NCBI GenBank assembly: GCA_012295275.1
Contig: CM022673.1
Location: forward strand, 8,184,001 to 8,248,000
Length of the DNA stretch: 64,000 bases
Source: Chrysomallon squamiferum
Taxonomy: Eukaryota; Animalia; Mollusca
Direction: 5' to 3'
A model generated the notes under the pieces. The model worked only from the letters and a program-made list of their open reading frames with translations, was not told the DNA's origin and ran no database searches. This document shows, piece by piece, positions 1 through 15,297 of the stretch. The stretch's first letter is position 1. The number at the start of each line of letters is the position of its first letter. Both the position numbers and the translations under genes were made by a program.

Positions 1-1340
1 CTCAGCTGTGTACCCGAAGCGTGCCTCATTAATTTTGCAAGACAGAGGAAGAGAAAGAAATGCATCCCAAAACTTTCTTTCTAGTACTTGATTTTAGTAA
101 AGTGTTCACGCTGTTCAACATTTTATATCAGAAACTTATTAATAACAAATCTCACTAATGCCTAATTCATACGACTCTTTAGCTAACACTTCCTGTGGGA
201 ACCTTATATTTTCATTCGACGATTATGAGTGTCCTTTAAAGTCATATTATATTATATTATATTATGTTATGTTATATTATATTATCATACATATAAATAA
301 ATCAGTCAGTTACATACATACAAACATAAGAATAAACATAGATACATACACTACACGTGTGTGTGTATATTTGTGTGTGTGTGTGTATGAATCAGTGAAT
401 ATATGTGAGATTATTTTTCAGTTTACTAGTGCAAGTGGTAGATGTATTTTTATACCTATTATTTACACCGATATTTTGTTTCTGTTATCATTCTAGTATC
501 ATTGTCACCACAACCTGTTGTATCTATGACTCTCCAGAATAATTGCTATGGATTCTAAAATAAATAAGAGTAGACGTGACAAACTGTTAAACAATCCATA
601 AAGTCTGCGACTAATGTAGGGGCGTCTGGAAGTGATTTGAAAAATAAAGTAATAATATATTTTTTCAACACGTTCTTCAGTCGATTTTCGTTTTAGTCAG
701 ACGTATCTGTTATAAAAACTGTCGAACGAAACCGATAATGATCCTGAAACCGAATATGATTTCTGACATTTCTCGAATTACTGATTCTTTCTAAACACAT
801 AAATGTTCTCATGAGCGTAAGCACTGAATAAAATTTGTCTTGTCCTGTCTAAGCTATGTGCTTATCTAGAAATAAGCTGTTTTTTTTTTTTGTCTGCTTT
901 TAATTGTGCACACCGCAGTGATGGAATTTAGAACAACGAAAATAGTAACCACTCGTGTGGGTGAAGAACGTGACTTTACAAACCATGTTAGGCTGAAAGC
1001 GTCTTGTTGGTGATAATTAAAAACTGAACTTTTGTTACAAGTAAACTATTTTAGTTTATATCCGAGTATCATTGTCAGCTGTTTAAAGATTTTATTATAA
1101 TCTCGAATTAAAGAATGTATGATATAAAAATAAAAATATGAATTCTGTCGAACGGTCTACAGCTATAACGAACAATCAATTATTTTGTCACTAGACTGAA
1201 ATTATGACTAAAATAAGTATGTAAATAATTACTGAGGAAAAATTACTGATAAGGGTTCTTTATTATGAATATTTTCTAAAATGATGTATTGCAGTTTGAA
1301 TTATAAATAACCTTTTTTTTTTTTTGCTTTCTCATTTCAG

Positions 1341-1456
1341 GTCCTGTAAAACGAGGAAGTCTTAGCGATCTGATTAAGAAACTCGAAGAGCTACGTGGGA
1401 ACAGACATGAGCCCGGCCGAGTTGCCTCCCTTCGGTTTGGCGCTGGAAAGCGTTGA
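1341..1456 (+). CDS. Final coding exon of a neuropeptide/peptide-hormone precursor (upstream exons not identified in window)
   Basis: Polypyrimidine tract plus TTTCAG acceptor ending at 1340. Phase-1 reading gives xPVKR-GSLSDLIKKLEELRGNRHEPGRVASLRFGA-GKR-stop (TGA 1454-1456). A dibasic KR before the peptide and a G-KR amidation/cleavage signal at the C-terminus are prohormone hallmarks. Too short for the ORF track. Confidence 0.8.
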
Positions 1457-1750
1457 CACCAGATGTTTTGGTCGCGGGAGGTTTAGAATCGAACAGTCTG
1501 CGACATTCATCAACATAAACGAAACAAAATTGCTGCATTAAATACATGTACAGAAGGATAATTGTTTGAACGTGTGATATTCATTTTATTTAATTCTGTT
1601 TCATTTTGATTCCAAATGTCAAAGAATTCTGAAAAGAAATAATCTTCTATTTACTTATTTAATATAAATAATTTCAGTTGATTTGTATAAAAAGATTCTG
1701 TGCTTGTTTGTAAAGAAATAAAATTTTATAAACAAAAAAAATAAAAATAA
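1457..1750 (+). other. Probable 3'UTR of the neuropeptide gene
   Basis: AU-rich sequence after the stop, with AATAAA at 1717-1722 and more copies just downstream. The exact end is uncertain. Confidence 0.45.
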
Positions 1751-4312
1751 ACTGCATGTGTTAGTGTACAGTAACATAAATGAATAAACCAGTATTACAG
1801 AATGTCTAACTCAAACCATTACATTACAAATGAACTTATAATATTAAATTAATCATTAATGCAATAAGAGAGAACAGAAGTTTTGTTGTTTTTTTTTTTT
1901 TTTTTCATACCACAATAATAAGAATTATGTTGCTTATAAATACCAAATGGGTATATTATATTCCAATAACCTTTGTCGTAGTTACCCTCACATCAATTCA
2001 AATGAATGTGTTGCTGTGTGCAGATGAACGTCTCACATAAGTTATTATTTGTTTCAGTTTAAACTGCGTTTTATTTATTATCATGACTAAATGAACTGCA
2101 AGTGAAAAATATATTCTGTACAGGTATATTAAGAATTTTAAGTGAATTAATAAAGATCAGACAGACTTTTGTTTAGAAGTGAATTAGTTTGTTTCTGTTA
2201 AATGCAGTTTCATTCTTTATTTTATTTTTTCACTGTTTATTTTACATTATAAGTAAAAAATTTGAAAATCGGACAAGAATGTGATTCAGTCTGCCATTTT
2301 CCTGACACAGGATTGTCATTACGTTTATAGAAATGCATTAAATGACCTCACGAAGCCAAAAAAAAAAAAAAAAAAAACATTGACAGAATTCAGCATACAT
2401 TCGGTCTAGAATTTAATAGTCATACCTCTTTAATTCTTAAAGTTAAATTAAACATTCATCTGGAATAATAGAAAATGTACCATTATATGTATGTTTTAAA
2501 ACACGTGATCGAGCCAAATGCATCATTACTTGACGCGTTTATAGGTTTCCGTTGTTCCTAACAGCAGCATTTTTTTTTTTTTTTTGGCTTAATTTTTGCA
2601 AATTATAGTAACAGTACATCGTTTTGTTGTTGTTGTTCTCTTTTATTTTTTATTTCTATTATCTGAAAAAAAAAAAAAATCTGAAAATTAAAATTAAAAA
2701 AAAAAAAAAAAAAAGAAATGAAAGAAACTCGTTTTTTAATAGTGTAGTGATTCTTTTTTTAAATCTTAAGTTTGAGAGGTAATGATAAACATTACCGTTA
2801 ATGTTTTACTTCTGAAAATCGCAAGCAAATCTAATTTCTGCTACCAGAGCTTACTTCTTTTTTCCTTTTTTAATGGATCTACGCGATACAGGTAATGTGT
2901 CATACTTAAATTCTCTTTGTCACTAGAACTTCAGTTCTCTGAAACAAGATGAATGACGTTGGAAAATAAGAATGCTTTTTTGTCAATACTACTGGAACTT
3001 CTACTAACAATACAAAAACATTTGCTGCTGCTTCTACTACTGCTGCTACTACTACTACTACTATTACTACTACTACTACTACTACAACTACTTCATCTAT
3101 TATTATTATTATTATTATAATTAATATATATTTTTTTTAAATTTGGGTAAATATTATTTTTTACTCCGTTTAAAATTTTAAAACTAAAATATATTGAAAA
3201 CTAGCAAGACAAATAACTTTTTCTAGTAATTCATTTTACAAAAAAAAGAAAAAAAGAAGAAGAAGCAAAAAAAAAAACCCCAGCAATCTTATTAAATAGT
3301 CTTATCACATCCCGGAGGTATTAATAACAAGTTAGAGATGATTAAATTGCAAATTATCAAGAGCAGAGGACACACGAGAATTAAAATGAATCATCTGTTA
3401 ACACAGAAATGTACGCTTGTCGATCACTGCCGACGTTTGACAGATCCTTTGCTTTTTGATGAACGACCCTGTAGTATCAACCTTTGCCTTGTTGTTCCAG
3501 AGTAACCACGCTAGTGACCAGTAAATGGCCATACGGTTTGTCAGAATATATCGTAATCTTGAACAATAGCCCGCCCATCTATTTATTTACATCTAATGAC
3601 CATGGGAATAACATTTCGGAGGAAAAAAAAAAAAAAAAAAAATCCCCTTTCAACTGCCATTTGGGAATAGAAAGCTCGGGATTTCAGCAGAATATCTAAC
3701 TGTAAATGTACCGAGGGAAGATTGATTGCCAGACTTAATGAAGGTCAATATTAACCAGAAACGTTAACAAGGCACGCCGTTCCGTTCATTAGCATAACGT
3801 CGAACGAGAACGCGGTTTAGAAGCGGACCAACAAAGAAACGCGGAGACTGATGCAAATAATATTTATAGTATGGCTTTTTGATTCTCTCTCATCGATTGC
3901 TGCCCTACGGAGGATCTGAGAAACGTTTTATACGTGGGTGGAGGACAATATTTAGGATGGAAATCTTGTTTTAATTGCTCGTGCTTCGATACGGAAGTCA
4001 AAAAGAGAAACAGGCGGAAGCTAGCCTTTTTTTTTTTTTTCTTTTTTTTTCTTTTTTGTCTTTGAAAAAAAAGAGAAAGAGAAGAAAAATCTAAACGAAA
4101 GAGATTAGAGATGTTTCGAATGACAAATGTCGTTTTGCATTTTTCTAAATCGCTTTTTAATATCAATAGAATCTTTATATTATTAGACTGATCGCCTAAC
4201 GACGGATTTGGTCTCTGTCATGTAAAATAATTACAGCTACAGGACACCCTAGTGAAAAGCTTATTGCGTTTTAATATCACTGCTGAACAATGACATTTAA
4301 AAGATTCACGTA

Positions 4313-4376
<64 letters not shown>

Positions 4377-5992
4377 TTATATAAAAAGAAAAAGTACAAA
4401 AACGATTGGATAAAAATAGCAAAGAACTTGTTCTGTTTATGATTCGAGCATTCAAAAGTACATCGTAAGTTTATATGTACTTTCCAAAATCAACAGTTAA
4501 GTGCAGTGATCGGGTCAGTATTAATAAATCCACAAAATAAATAAATTAATTAATAAGTTTATAACAATACTACTACTACTACTAATAATAATAAAATTTA
4601 ATAGAATTAAAAGAAGATACACATACATATATACATTCAAAAATGACAAATACATTATAATCGAATATTTTGACCAGTTATTTAGTTATTAATCATCCAC
4701 AAGTTTAAAACCGCGAAAATATAAATTTCGACATTTGACTTATAAAATCAAAGACAGCTTTTGGTCGATAAACAAGATATATTGGTAATTCAGTTATTTC
4801 CGGTCGTTACGATATAGAGAAAATCCAATCGACAAGTGTCGACAGCCATTATCAATAACTAAAATACACCTGCAGTTCATCAATCCCTTGTACGAAAATG
4901 ATTATTACTACAACTAAATTGTGCTTTATTTCTTTTCTCTAACAATACATGTATATATATGTGCCACGTAAAAAATAATGACTGTAACTGTGGGGGAGAG
5001 GTAGTGATAAAACATATCACTAAAAACAACAACAATCTTTAAGGCATTTCTTTTCTTGTGATGGAAAACAATTATATACAAAGCAGTGTAATTTCAGAAG
5101 ACGTTAAATTAAAATGTTTGTGCGGCACTGCACTGAGAAAGGGTTTACAATATAAAAAAAAGACAAAAAATGAAAGTCTGAAAACGTGGTCTCTTTATAT
5201 GTCGTAAGCAGTCATTTTCTATAGCAACAACGTCAGTTAAATGAAAAAGTTAATCGTAATATAGTTATTAATTAATGTAATTAAAACAAAGTAAATACGT
5301 TTGTACTGTAATCTAATATATAAAACAGAAATCATCCATCAACCCAATGACTAGCGTACGTGATAACTCTTCTGATGCAATCATGCAGAAAATAATGTAA
5401 ACCCGTTGCATACATACTGAATATTAATTCGATATACTCTCCCTTCCATTTAGGCCTAAAACAAACAGTAACACCTATTTCGTAGTTTGTGAAATTCGTT
5501 AATGCAAATAAAATAAATTTATCATGTATTGTAGAGATGAAAATAGTCCAACAGATTGGGTTCAAATCCTTTGCTTTACCATAAACAGTCAATACATAAA
5601 ACGCACTGATACTTACTGTTTGCAATTGAGATGGTAGGCATTATTATGCATTTTAGATCGAAATTCCTTTACATCAGTCAGTTTCGATTTCGCTGATAAC
5701 AATTAATGTTCACCTACACTAAACGCTTAAGAAAGAAAAATGATCGTTATAAGTCACATCTTGCATATCATGCATGACGTTCAGCCATTCATGTATACCA
5801 ATACAGTAGTTAAATATCGTTTAGCAGTTATCGCAGAGTTTGTCTCATACGACCTTTAAATCCATTTTAGAAATTTACAGATGAGATTCTGTCAACAAAT
5901 TTATAGAAACATGCACATATATAATTATATATATAATGACACAAGTAAGAAACACGTGTGTATATGTGTGTGTATGTGTACATATATCATTT

Positions 5993-6030
<38 letters not shown>

Positions 6031-6241
6031 TATACACACAGAGCCGACTTAACGGCTTGAGCACGATACTAAACTTTAAATATTTTATATTAGAAAATAC
6101 ATATCTAGCATATTTTTGACGTTTAAAAACTCAGTTTGTTGGAAGTTCTAACACAATAAAAATATATTCATTTTCATCCACCATTTACATTTGTATTCCT
6201 GTGTAGGGAGAGACTCCAGTGCATAGATTTGTCCTATGCGA

Positions 6242-6250
6242 GTGTGTGTT

Positions 6251-6336
<86 letters not shown>

Positions 6337-6489
6337 TATAAATACACACACACATATATATATATATATTAAAGTGAAAATGATGAAATATTTCATAATT
6401 TTTATCATCTTTTTCATAGAGGGTTTTTTTAACAGATGAATAAAATGTTAATAAATACTGTCATAATAATAATAATAATAATAATAATA

Positions 6490-6556
<67 letters not shown>
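6242..6556. repeat. Compound (GT)n/(GA)n/(TA)n/(AAT)n microsatellites, representative of dozens in the window
   Basis: Seen directly. Similar tracts at ~4314-4373, 7649-7761, 10617-10670, 13058-13130, 24138-24208, 31918-32051, 42107-42178, 46550-46657, 49319-49396, 58205-58435. Confidence 0.95.
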
Positions 6557-6557
<1 letters not shown>

Positions 6558-6725
6558 GAATTATATTTAGCAAATTGTTCTGTGGATTATTTTATTTCAG
6601 ATAGAAATAAAAACTGATAGGCCTAATGATAAAAGGAATATTACAATAAAGGTGAATAACTCCATTGAATAGTCTAAATGCAACTGATTAGACTTATCTC
6701 CCTTGGTTCATTATTTATTTATTTA

Positions 6726-6783
<58 letters not shown>

Positions 6784-7667
6784 TATTTATTTTTTTGGTA
6801 TTATAATAATTATTTTGAATTAAAAAATTGTAATAGTTGCAACAGTAAAAAGAATAGAGTCAACACACTGCTACTACTTCTACTACGACCACTACCACTA
6901 CAGCTACTGCACTGCTACTACAGCTACCGCTACGACTACCACTAGTACTATTCCCAACACTACTATTAGCAACAGCAACAACAACAAGGACAAAAATAAC
7001 AATTTTCTATTCTAGAGAACAGGATCGATTTAAAAGCAGATGGTTTTAATAAATGTGCCACATAAGAAACCCCAGAGAGAGAGAGAGACAGAAAAAAAAA
7101 AAAAAATTGAAATACAGTTCTGGAAATGGAAGTAAAGATTTAGTTTTCTTTTACAGGTGTTCGGGACATAATAATTACTGTGAATAATGTTAGCAAATCG
7201 CACGGTGACCTTGTGAATATAATGACATTTTCCACTGACGTTGCTATAGAAAATGATTGCTTACGACATATGAAAAGACCACGTGTTCAGACTTTCACTT
7301 TTTGTCTTTGTAAAATTGTAAACCCTTTCTCAATGCAGTCGCATACAACCATTTATAAACCACACAGTACTCGAACAATGCTGTTTACAATGGAATTCGC
7401 ACATGGATGCTTCTCTTAAATTGTGATGTAAAAAGAAAACAGTTCTTACGTAAACGTACACACCTCCTTAAGAAATCACACATAATAGCGTGCTTGAGTA
7501 GGTGCTTCTTGGCAGTTGTTCATAAAGTTTAATCAGTATCGTATGTCGCAATCTGATGTCCCAAGCCTATAAAGGATAAAAAAAAAAAAAAAAAAAAAAA
7601 ATAAATTAAAAATCAGAAAAAGAAAGGAAAAGAAAAGAAAAGAAACATGTATACATACATACATACA

Positions 7668-7767
<100 letters not shown>

Positions 7768-10612
7768 GGATACATATCTGAACATTTATTACAATTATTC
7801 TGTTTAATATGTAGTATTGAATTTTTACAAAACAGTTTATTACTTTTCTATTAATCTATAAATTTTTTTTTCAAAACAGTTCAATAACTTTTTTAGTTAT
7901 TTTATAAAATAACCGTTTTCAGTAATTGATTCCTTGTGACGTTTATGATGTTCAAAATACGAATCGTGGATCAATAATACGTATATACTCGTACATACAC
8001 ACTCACACGCACACATACACACATATACACACTCATTCAGACGAGACATATAAAATAAAAAAATATATATATGCGCACATACCTACATACGTAGATACAC
8101 ACATACATACATATATACATACCACTCTACCTACATAGGTACGTAATCACTATGCAGAAACGTATTATTAAAGCTTAGTCCATGGGACAAAAAAACAAAT
8201 TTTAGAAATACCAAATTATACAATTAAAGTTCAGAAAGAAATCTGAGTTAGTACATAAACATAACCTGTGTATAGAAAAACACAAGAATGACGTCAGTCC
8301 ATTCAGTAACTGAATGACGTCTTAAGCAGACAACGTAGAACTTGACGACGGTTCTTATCGGACTTAAAATATGCGGATACCTGGAGAAAGGCTAATTTGT
8401 ACGAGTAAGGTAGGCATTTCAAATTATACAACAAAGAAGTTTATTCATAAGATGACATTAACGGATAATTATACCAACATCTTTTCGATTTGATACCAAC
8501 ATCTTTTCTGATTTGAACTGATTAACAGTGGGATGGTCACAGTGGTTGTAGTGATAGTGACAGTTATATAACAGCAATAGGAGCAGTAGTAATAACTGAC
8601 TTAGATGGTTACATTAAATGACAGTATACTTACGGAAACAAGATTAATAATATTTCAAATAATAACTGTTATAGTTATAAGTGTAGCTGCAGTGGTAGTA
8701 GTAATAGCATTAGTAGCAGAAGTTGCAGTAATAATAAAAGTAATAATATTAGTGGTAGTAGTGATTAACTAAGATGGTGATGTTAAATGACAGTAAAATG
8801 TATACTACTGAATGCAGATTAATAACTGTTGAAATAATAATAGCCTTAGTTACAGCAACAGTGGACTGCGTAGTAATGGAGAGGATATCAGTAGTTGTAG
8901 CATTGATATTGTTGATAGAACAACAACAACAGTAATAATCGAGCTACTATTAATAACAATGGCAGCACCAGTAACTGTTACTTTGTTTCTGTAGTTACGA
9001 GAACGTCATTGTAATAGCAGTACTAGATGCTGAATGATAATGGTGAAAATGTTTGTCTATTTTGAATTTTTCTCAAGTTATTTATTTATTTATTTATTTA
9101 TTTTTAAACCAGGAGAGATGTATTTAATTCAAATGGTTAGATGCAATAGATTTCATTTATGCCTGTCTCGTTAGAACTTTAAATAAAAATAAACAAAAGA
9201 AAAAATTCCAGTAACTTCTGTATTGCCTTATCTATGGTTGCTAATTAGGAGAATAATAATATTATTAAAAAAGCAATCTTTGTTACTTTCCTGTAGTTAC
9301 CCGATCTTTTAACCAATTTTTTACTTTATGGACATTACAAAGGCCATAATTTATTAGTGTCAATCTATACAGTGTCTTTATTCTCTGGCAGTAATATATT
9401 CAAAGGACGTTTGAAGGATTAATTAAAACTTCAAAATCCAGTATTTCTATTCTTCTCCATTTTAAAAAAAGTTTTGTTCGGAATACAATGGCTTCATTTG
9501 TACTTGACTTACATTTAGTGACAATACATGGACTGTCTGTCCATGTATATCACTCCAGAGTGATAAGAAGCACACGACTGATCGTGGATATACAGGATAC
9601 GGTTGAATCTTAGGTGCTTCGGGCTGCGGAGAAAAATACATCCACGGAATCACCCGTATAAGACACGTGACCAGCACGTTTCATGCGTCTGCTCGTTATT
9701 AACGCAGCAAAGAATTTAAATCGCGAGACTAACGGTGCGTACTTAACCCTGTTCTCGTTTTTTTTTTTTTTTGCAAGAAAAAGTAGTAGTAGAAGAAAAA
9801 AATCTATTAAGTATCAGTCTTTTTAATGATCGCGACCTTTATATGTGAAATAAAAAGCGGTGTTAAACACGTCACACGAAGTGTACTGTTACAAACACTT
9901 CTGAATATTCATTGATTCAAACACAATTTATTTTAAAATATTCTTGAAAGGATCGTTAATTAACCACCTGCTTTGAAGCAGACGTACAGCTAGAAAGAAA
10001 ATTTTAATTATTGATAAGAAAACAACAATAAAAATGTTTTAAAAAAATGACACTAACATAAAAGAAGAAAGACAATATAAAAAAAACACCGAAACAATAG
10101 AGTACTGACCCAATTATGTCATAATTTCCAGATGATCTTGGATGTCGGAAAATGAGTCACAGTTTCAAAGACATAAATATAACAATAACTTGAATGTGTA
10201 TGAAATGCTTTTCAGCCATTACTATTTAAAGGTAAAACCAAAGATCGACGTAAGGTATCTGAAATGAAAACTGGATATTCATTACACAAACTGCACATTA
10301 ATTCGATACTTTGCGAACTACAAAGGACAACGTTGTAATTCGTGTATTTCAATGTACTTCTGTTTGTGAATGCGCGTACTCTCGATTACTCGTATGTAAT
10401 CGGACTGGAAACGTTTTAACGTGTTATTTATAATCAGGTTGTCGTAGCGATTGTTTTTAATCTTCAATTTGCGTGACAGTGACTGATAACTGAAACAAAG
10501 TCACTCAACAACAAAAAAAAAAAATATAGCCTTTTATAATGAAAATATAAAAATAATACAGCAGCCTGGAACGATATGACGAAATCATCTCTATTATATA
10601 TATATGTATGAA

Positions 10613-10671
<59 letters not shown>

Positions 10672-12660
10672 TTCATTTAATTTATTATCGTTTTTATTGT
10701 TGTTGTTACTATTACTACTATTTTGTAAGTATTTTCTATATTAGTTTCCATATTTTACTATTATATATATTTATTATAAAAGATTATTGTGAAGACATAA
10801 GTATAACAATAATTTGAATATCTATATGAAATGTATTTCAGCAGTTAATATTTGTTCGTTCAACTATCATAGACTCAAAAATTGATTACAAATAAATATT
10901 AATTATTTCTGTACTATTAATCCAGTTAAGCTCTTGTTCGACTGCATCTTGTTTTTGAAATATTTATTTCGTTCAAGGTTTAAATAACTAAATTTAAAGA
11001 CTAGATTTCATTATTTACTGAAAGGTGGATAAAATTAGATTTCTTTCCTTATTCGAGTGAATATAAAAACTAAATAAAAAAAATAATAAAAAAAAAGTTT
11101 CTATAAATAAAAATAATAATGATAACCACACCAACAAAATAAAAAAAAATAAAAAATAAAAATAAAAATAAAAATTAAAAATGAACCATTAATATGAAAG
11201 GGAAAATCATAATATATAAATAACATATGCTACTTTGTGGGGGAACACAAACCACAAAGACCACGCCTAGCCATAACTCTTTGTCTGTCAGTGTTGTTTG
11301 AAGCAGTTGATAATAAGAAACCTCTAACTAAATGTGAATATGACGTAGCTCACTATTGTGAATCTTTCAGCCATGTCTGTTTTATACCTCAAGTCTTTAC
11401 ACGCCCATCACAGCACATTTTCCGCTTCACTTGTTCCACTGCACGCACGTTATTAATTTTTCGTTTTATATTACACTGGCGTAGAAAATAATCTACATTT
11501 GCTAAATTTTTGTAAAATAAAATTTTTTAAACCTCGGATAATTGTTTTCGCATTGACACGCGTAATGTTTACAGTCGATTACGTAAGTTTCACGGATTTT
11601 CTCTTTGCCGTTACGCTGCCATACTGTTTGCATTGTGCACAGACTGTTACTCGGTCCATCGCATCTGTCAGACGTAACGGACAGAGTACCTAACAAAGAA
11701 ACAGATTGCTTTCTGAAAGTTGCTTGGAAGTTTAAAGTCAAACAACAAGTTTAAACGATTTCGACAACACTGTGCAATTTTTGGAAACAGTCGAAGAGAA
11801 CAAGTAACACCAGTCGCAACGGCAAAGATACAAATATACCCAGCAAGCATAAACCAACGATGTCAGATTCATTAATTTAACAATAAATACAAAATTATAG
11901 CTAAAGAGACAAAAAAAATATCAACAGTTAATATAATTATATTAGTATGCAGTCCAAACAAACAATCACAACAAAAAAACAAAAAAAAAAAACTCACACA
12001 CACCACCAACAGCAAACAAAAAAAAAAAAAAAAAACTCCACAGGAGAATTAACAATAAAAACAGTAAAAGCAGCAGTCAGAACCAGTATTTCTTGTTTTC
12101 TGCCACCAGACGACTTTAAGAAACTAGTTCGGAGAAAATAATTTTTAAAACCATCGTGAAGAGAAAGAAAGAAAGAGAAAAAAGGTCTTGTTCGCTGCAC
12201 AGAACGTGTCACATAAAACGATAGTTCTTCGTTATTTATCACTAGAAATGTTGTTTAGGACAACATCTCTTCTTTTATTTATACCAGATACTTTTTGTAA
12301 TATCAAAATACTCATAAACGAGTCTATTAAACTGGGTCAGCGCGAGCAATATTCGGTATTGTGTTTGTTGCGGACAGTTATAGACTGGTGACTATAAATT
12401 ACAAACACCGAAAAGAAGAAAACAAAAGGTCGTTTCAGTTTTTCAGTTCCGGCGTACGTTGCGCTCCAAGTTTAAATCAATGGGCAGATTACTCTTGTCA
12501 GCCAGTATATCGTGTTTCGAGAGCAGTGGCGTTCACGCCCAGTCATAAAACAGTTAACTAAAGGCTTAGAATGACAACTTTTGCTCAAGGAACAGCTGCC
12601 AAACGTTCTTGACTTTGCGACTTGTAGTTTTTTAATCACAAAACACTGTTTTAAAATTGA

Positions 12661-12702
<42 letters not shown>

Positions 12703-13056
12703 GAATAATAAGAAGAAAAATAAAAAGAAGAAGAAGAAGAAGAAATATATATTTTTAATAAGTATATAATGCAAAAAGAAAAAAAAAAAAAAAAAAAAAG
12801 AACAACAACAGTAAGAAGTAGAAGAAGAAGAATGATAACGTCGATGATAAAACAATAAAAACAGAAATGACAGCGGTAACAAATCTAATAACAACTTTAA
12901 CAACAATATCATCGAAAGTAATAAACAAAAAAAAAATGAATGAATGAATGAATGAATAAGAGTAATAAAATGATTAATTGATTCATTAATTCATAGACAT
13001 AACTGTTCCTTGAACAACGATGATGACGAAAGAAACAATACAACAATCAATACAAC

Positions 13057-13116
<60 letters not shown>

Positions 13117-13609
13117 TGTAGTAGTAGTAGTAGTTGAAGTGGTAGTAGAGGTAGAAACAGTAGTGGCAGTAGTTGCAGCAGAATCGATAAAAAATAAATA
13201 AATAATAAATAATAATAATAGTTGGTGTAAAGGTAAATTAATAATTTTCTAATATTTTCACAAATACCGTTGTCACGATCTATAAAATTTTAAAACCTAA
13301 TCACAAATCTCTTTTTAACATTTTATTTTTAACTCTGAGTTAATTAATTAAAAAAAAAAAAAAAAAGTAAAAAAAAGTAAAGAAAAGGAAAAAGAAAACT
13401 AATAATAAAATATGACTGCTCCGGATTATGTAAAGTATGTAGTTAAAGGAACTACAAAATTATTGTTATTAAAACGTTAAAAGAAAGATTTATAAACAGA
13501 ATGAAAGAAAGTGTGATGAAGAAATATGTCAAATTTTTGCTGCATGTTGAATATTATTATGATGTGTATGTATATGTATGTATGTATGCATTTATGTGGC
13601 TATGAGTGC

Positions 13610-13645
<36 letters not shown>

Positions 13646-13857
13646 ATGTATATGTATATATAGCTAGGCCTGTGTATGTGCATTTGTATGTATGTTTGTG
13701 TGTACGTAGATAGATATATATTTCATGCGTCTTAATTCAAATATGTATGTAAATAAGTATACATAAGCATACGTTTGTAATGTGTTTATGTGTATGCGCA
13801 CACAGATACACACACACACGTATGTATATATGAACAAAATCAACATTGTTTTACGAG

Positions 13858-13916
<59 letters not shown>

Positions 13917-14084
13917 ATGTATTGTCTTCACTTGGTTTTTAAACTCGTTTTAGCAAAGCCTGCGAGAGTTATTTAATAATTTGTACCCATATGTTTGCTG
14001 ATCGTTTGAACCCAAGTCCTTGTCCTTTATACCGCGACCTTTCTCTTTGTTACGCTTTTAGCCAAAGGTGTGCCTACTTCGGGG

Positions 14085-14118
<34 letters not shown>

Positions 14119-14727
14119 CACCACCCAAACGTAAAGAATAAAACGGCCCAAGCAGACGACTACTACCCGCATTTGAATTTTATTTCTTTGATTTATTTTT
14201 AGTCCTTAAAACCAAAGGACATGTTTATTTCATCGCAGCTGGTAGCTGAATGTAAATCTTTAAAAAAAAAATTAAATGCCTTCGCTGGTAGAGGACCAAG
14301 ATGATTATATTTTTGATTGTACTGCGCCACGAGCGTGCACGTGTCGGCACGCGCACTTCGTTAGCCCTGCGCATGCTCGCAGCAGTATGTGGGCGATTTT
14401 AATTGTGGCGGTAGCTTGCCATTAGTTCAACTGACAAGTCTTCGTGAAAGGAGACCGTGTTTTCTGATAACGAAACCTTTGATTTAATACGAACCATGTA
14501 CAGAAAACAGATTTAACTCTTTTATAATGCAAAATCTAATTTCACAGTGGCGTTTTGAACTAAGAATTAACTGTTTGTTTTACAAACACACCTAATACTG
14601 TCGCATTTATTTATTTTATTTTATTTTATTTTTTTTTTTTCTCTCCAAATATACGGTTTGCATGCATATACACACAATAACATATATGTATGTAAATATA
14701 TACATATGCATACAAATAAATACACAT

Positions 14728-14786
<59 letters not shown>

Positions 14787-15215
14787 AGCAAAAGCACATT
14801 CGACTTGTTCTTGTTTCTCAGTTTATTTAACAGTTTATTTCATCACCATCGGTTGTCTAGTATGTACGGCGAAGCGCCGTGTTTTGACATCGTATATAAT
14901 TAACTTAATTTTCTACTGTCACCTGGTGCGCAGATTAATTCATATAGACATTTGGTTCGCTGAAGTGATGACAAATTTGCCATAGCGTGGCTTTCCGCCG
15001 TGTTGCCTTGAGCGACAGAATATACTTAGAAGTCGTTTTACTTACGGTCAAGTGAATTTTCATCTGTACAAACACAGAGATGTGTCTGTTTTTAGATTCA
15101 GCGTGGATACATTAGCGTACCTTTGTCAGATTGTATCTGAAATACGCGTAATTTATTTTTGTTCAAAATATGTCTCCGTCTGAAAAATAAAAAAAATAAT
15201 AAACAAACAAACATA

Positions 15216-15297
<82 letters not shown>

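Noticed and set aside
8560-8860. Degenerate ~170-bp direct duplication
   Set aside because: Old, low-complexity local duplication with no coding or structural signal.
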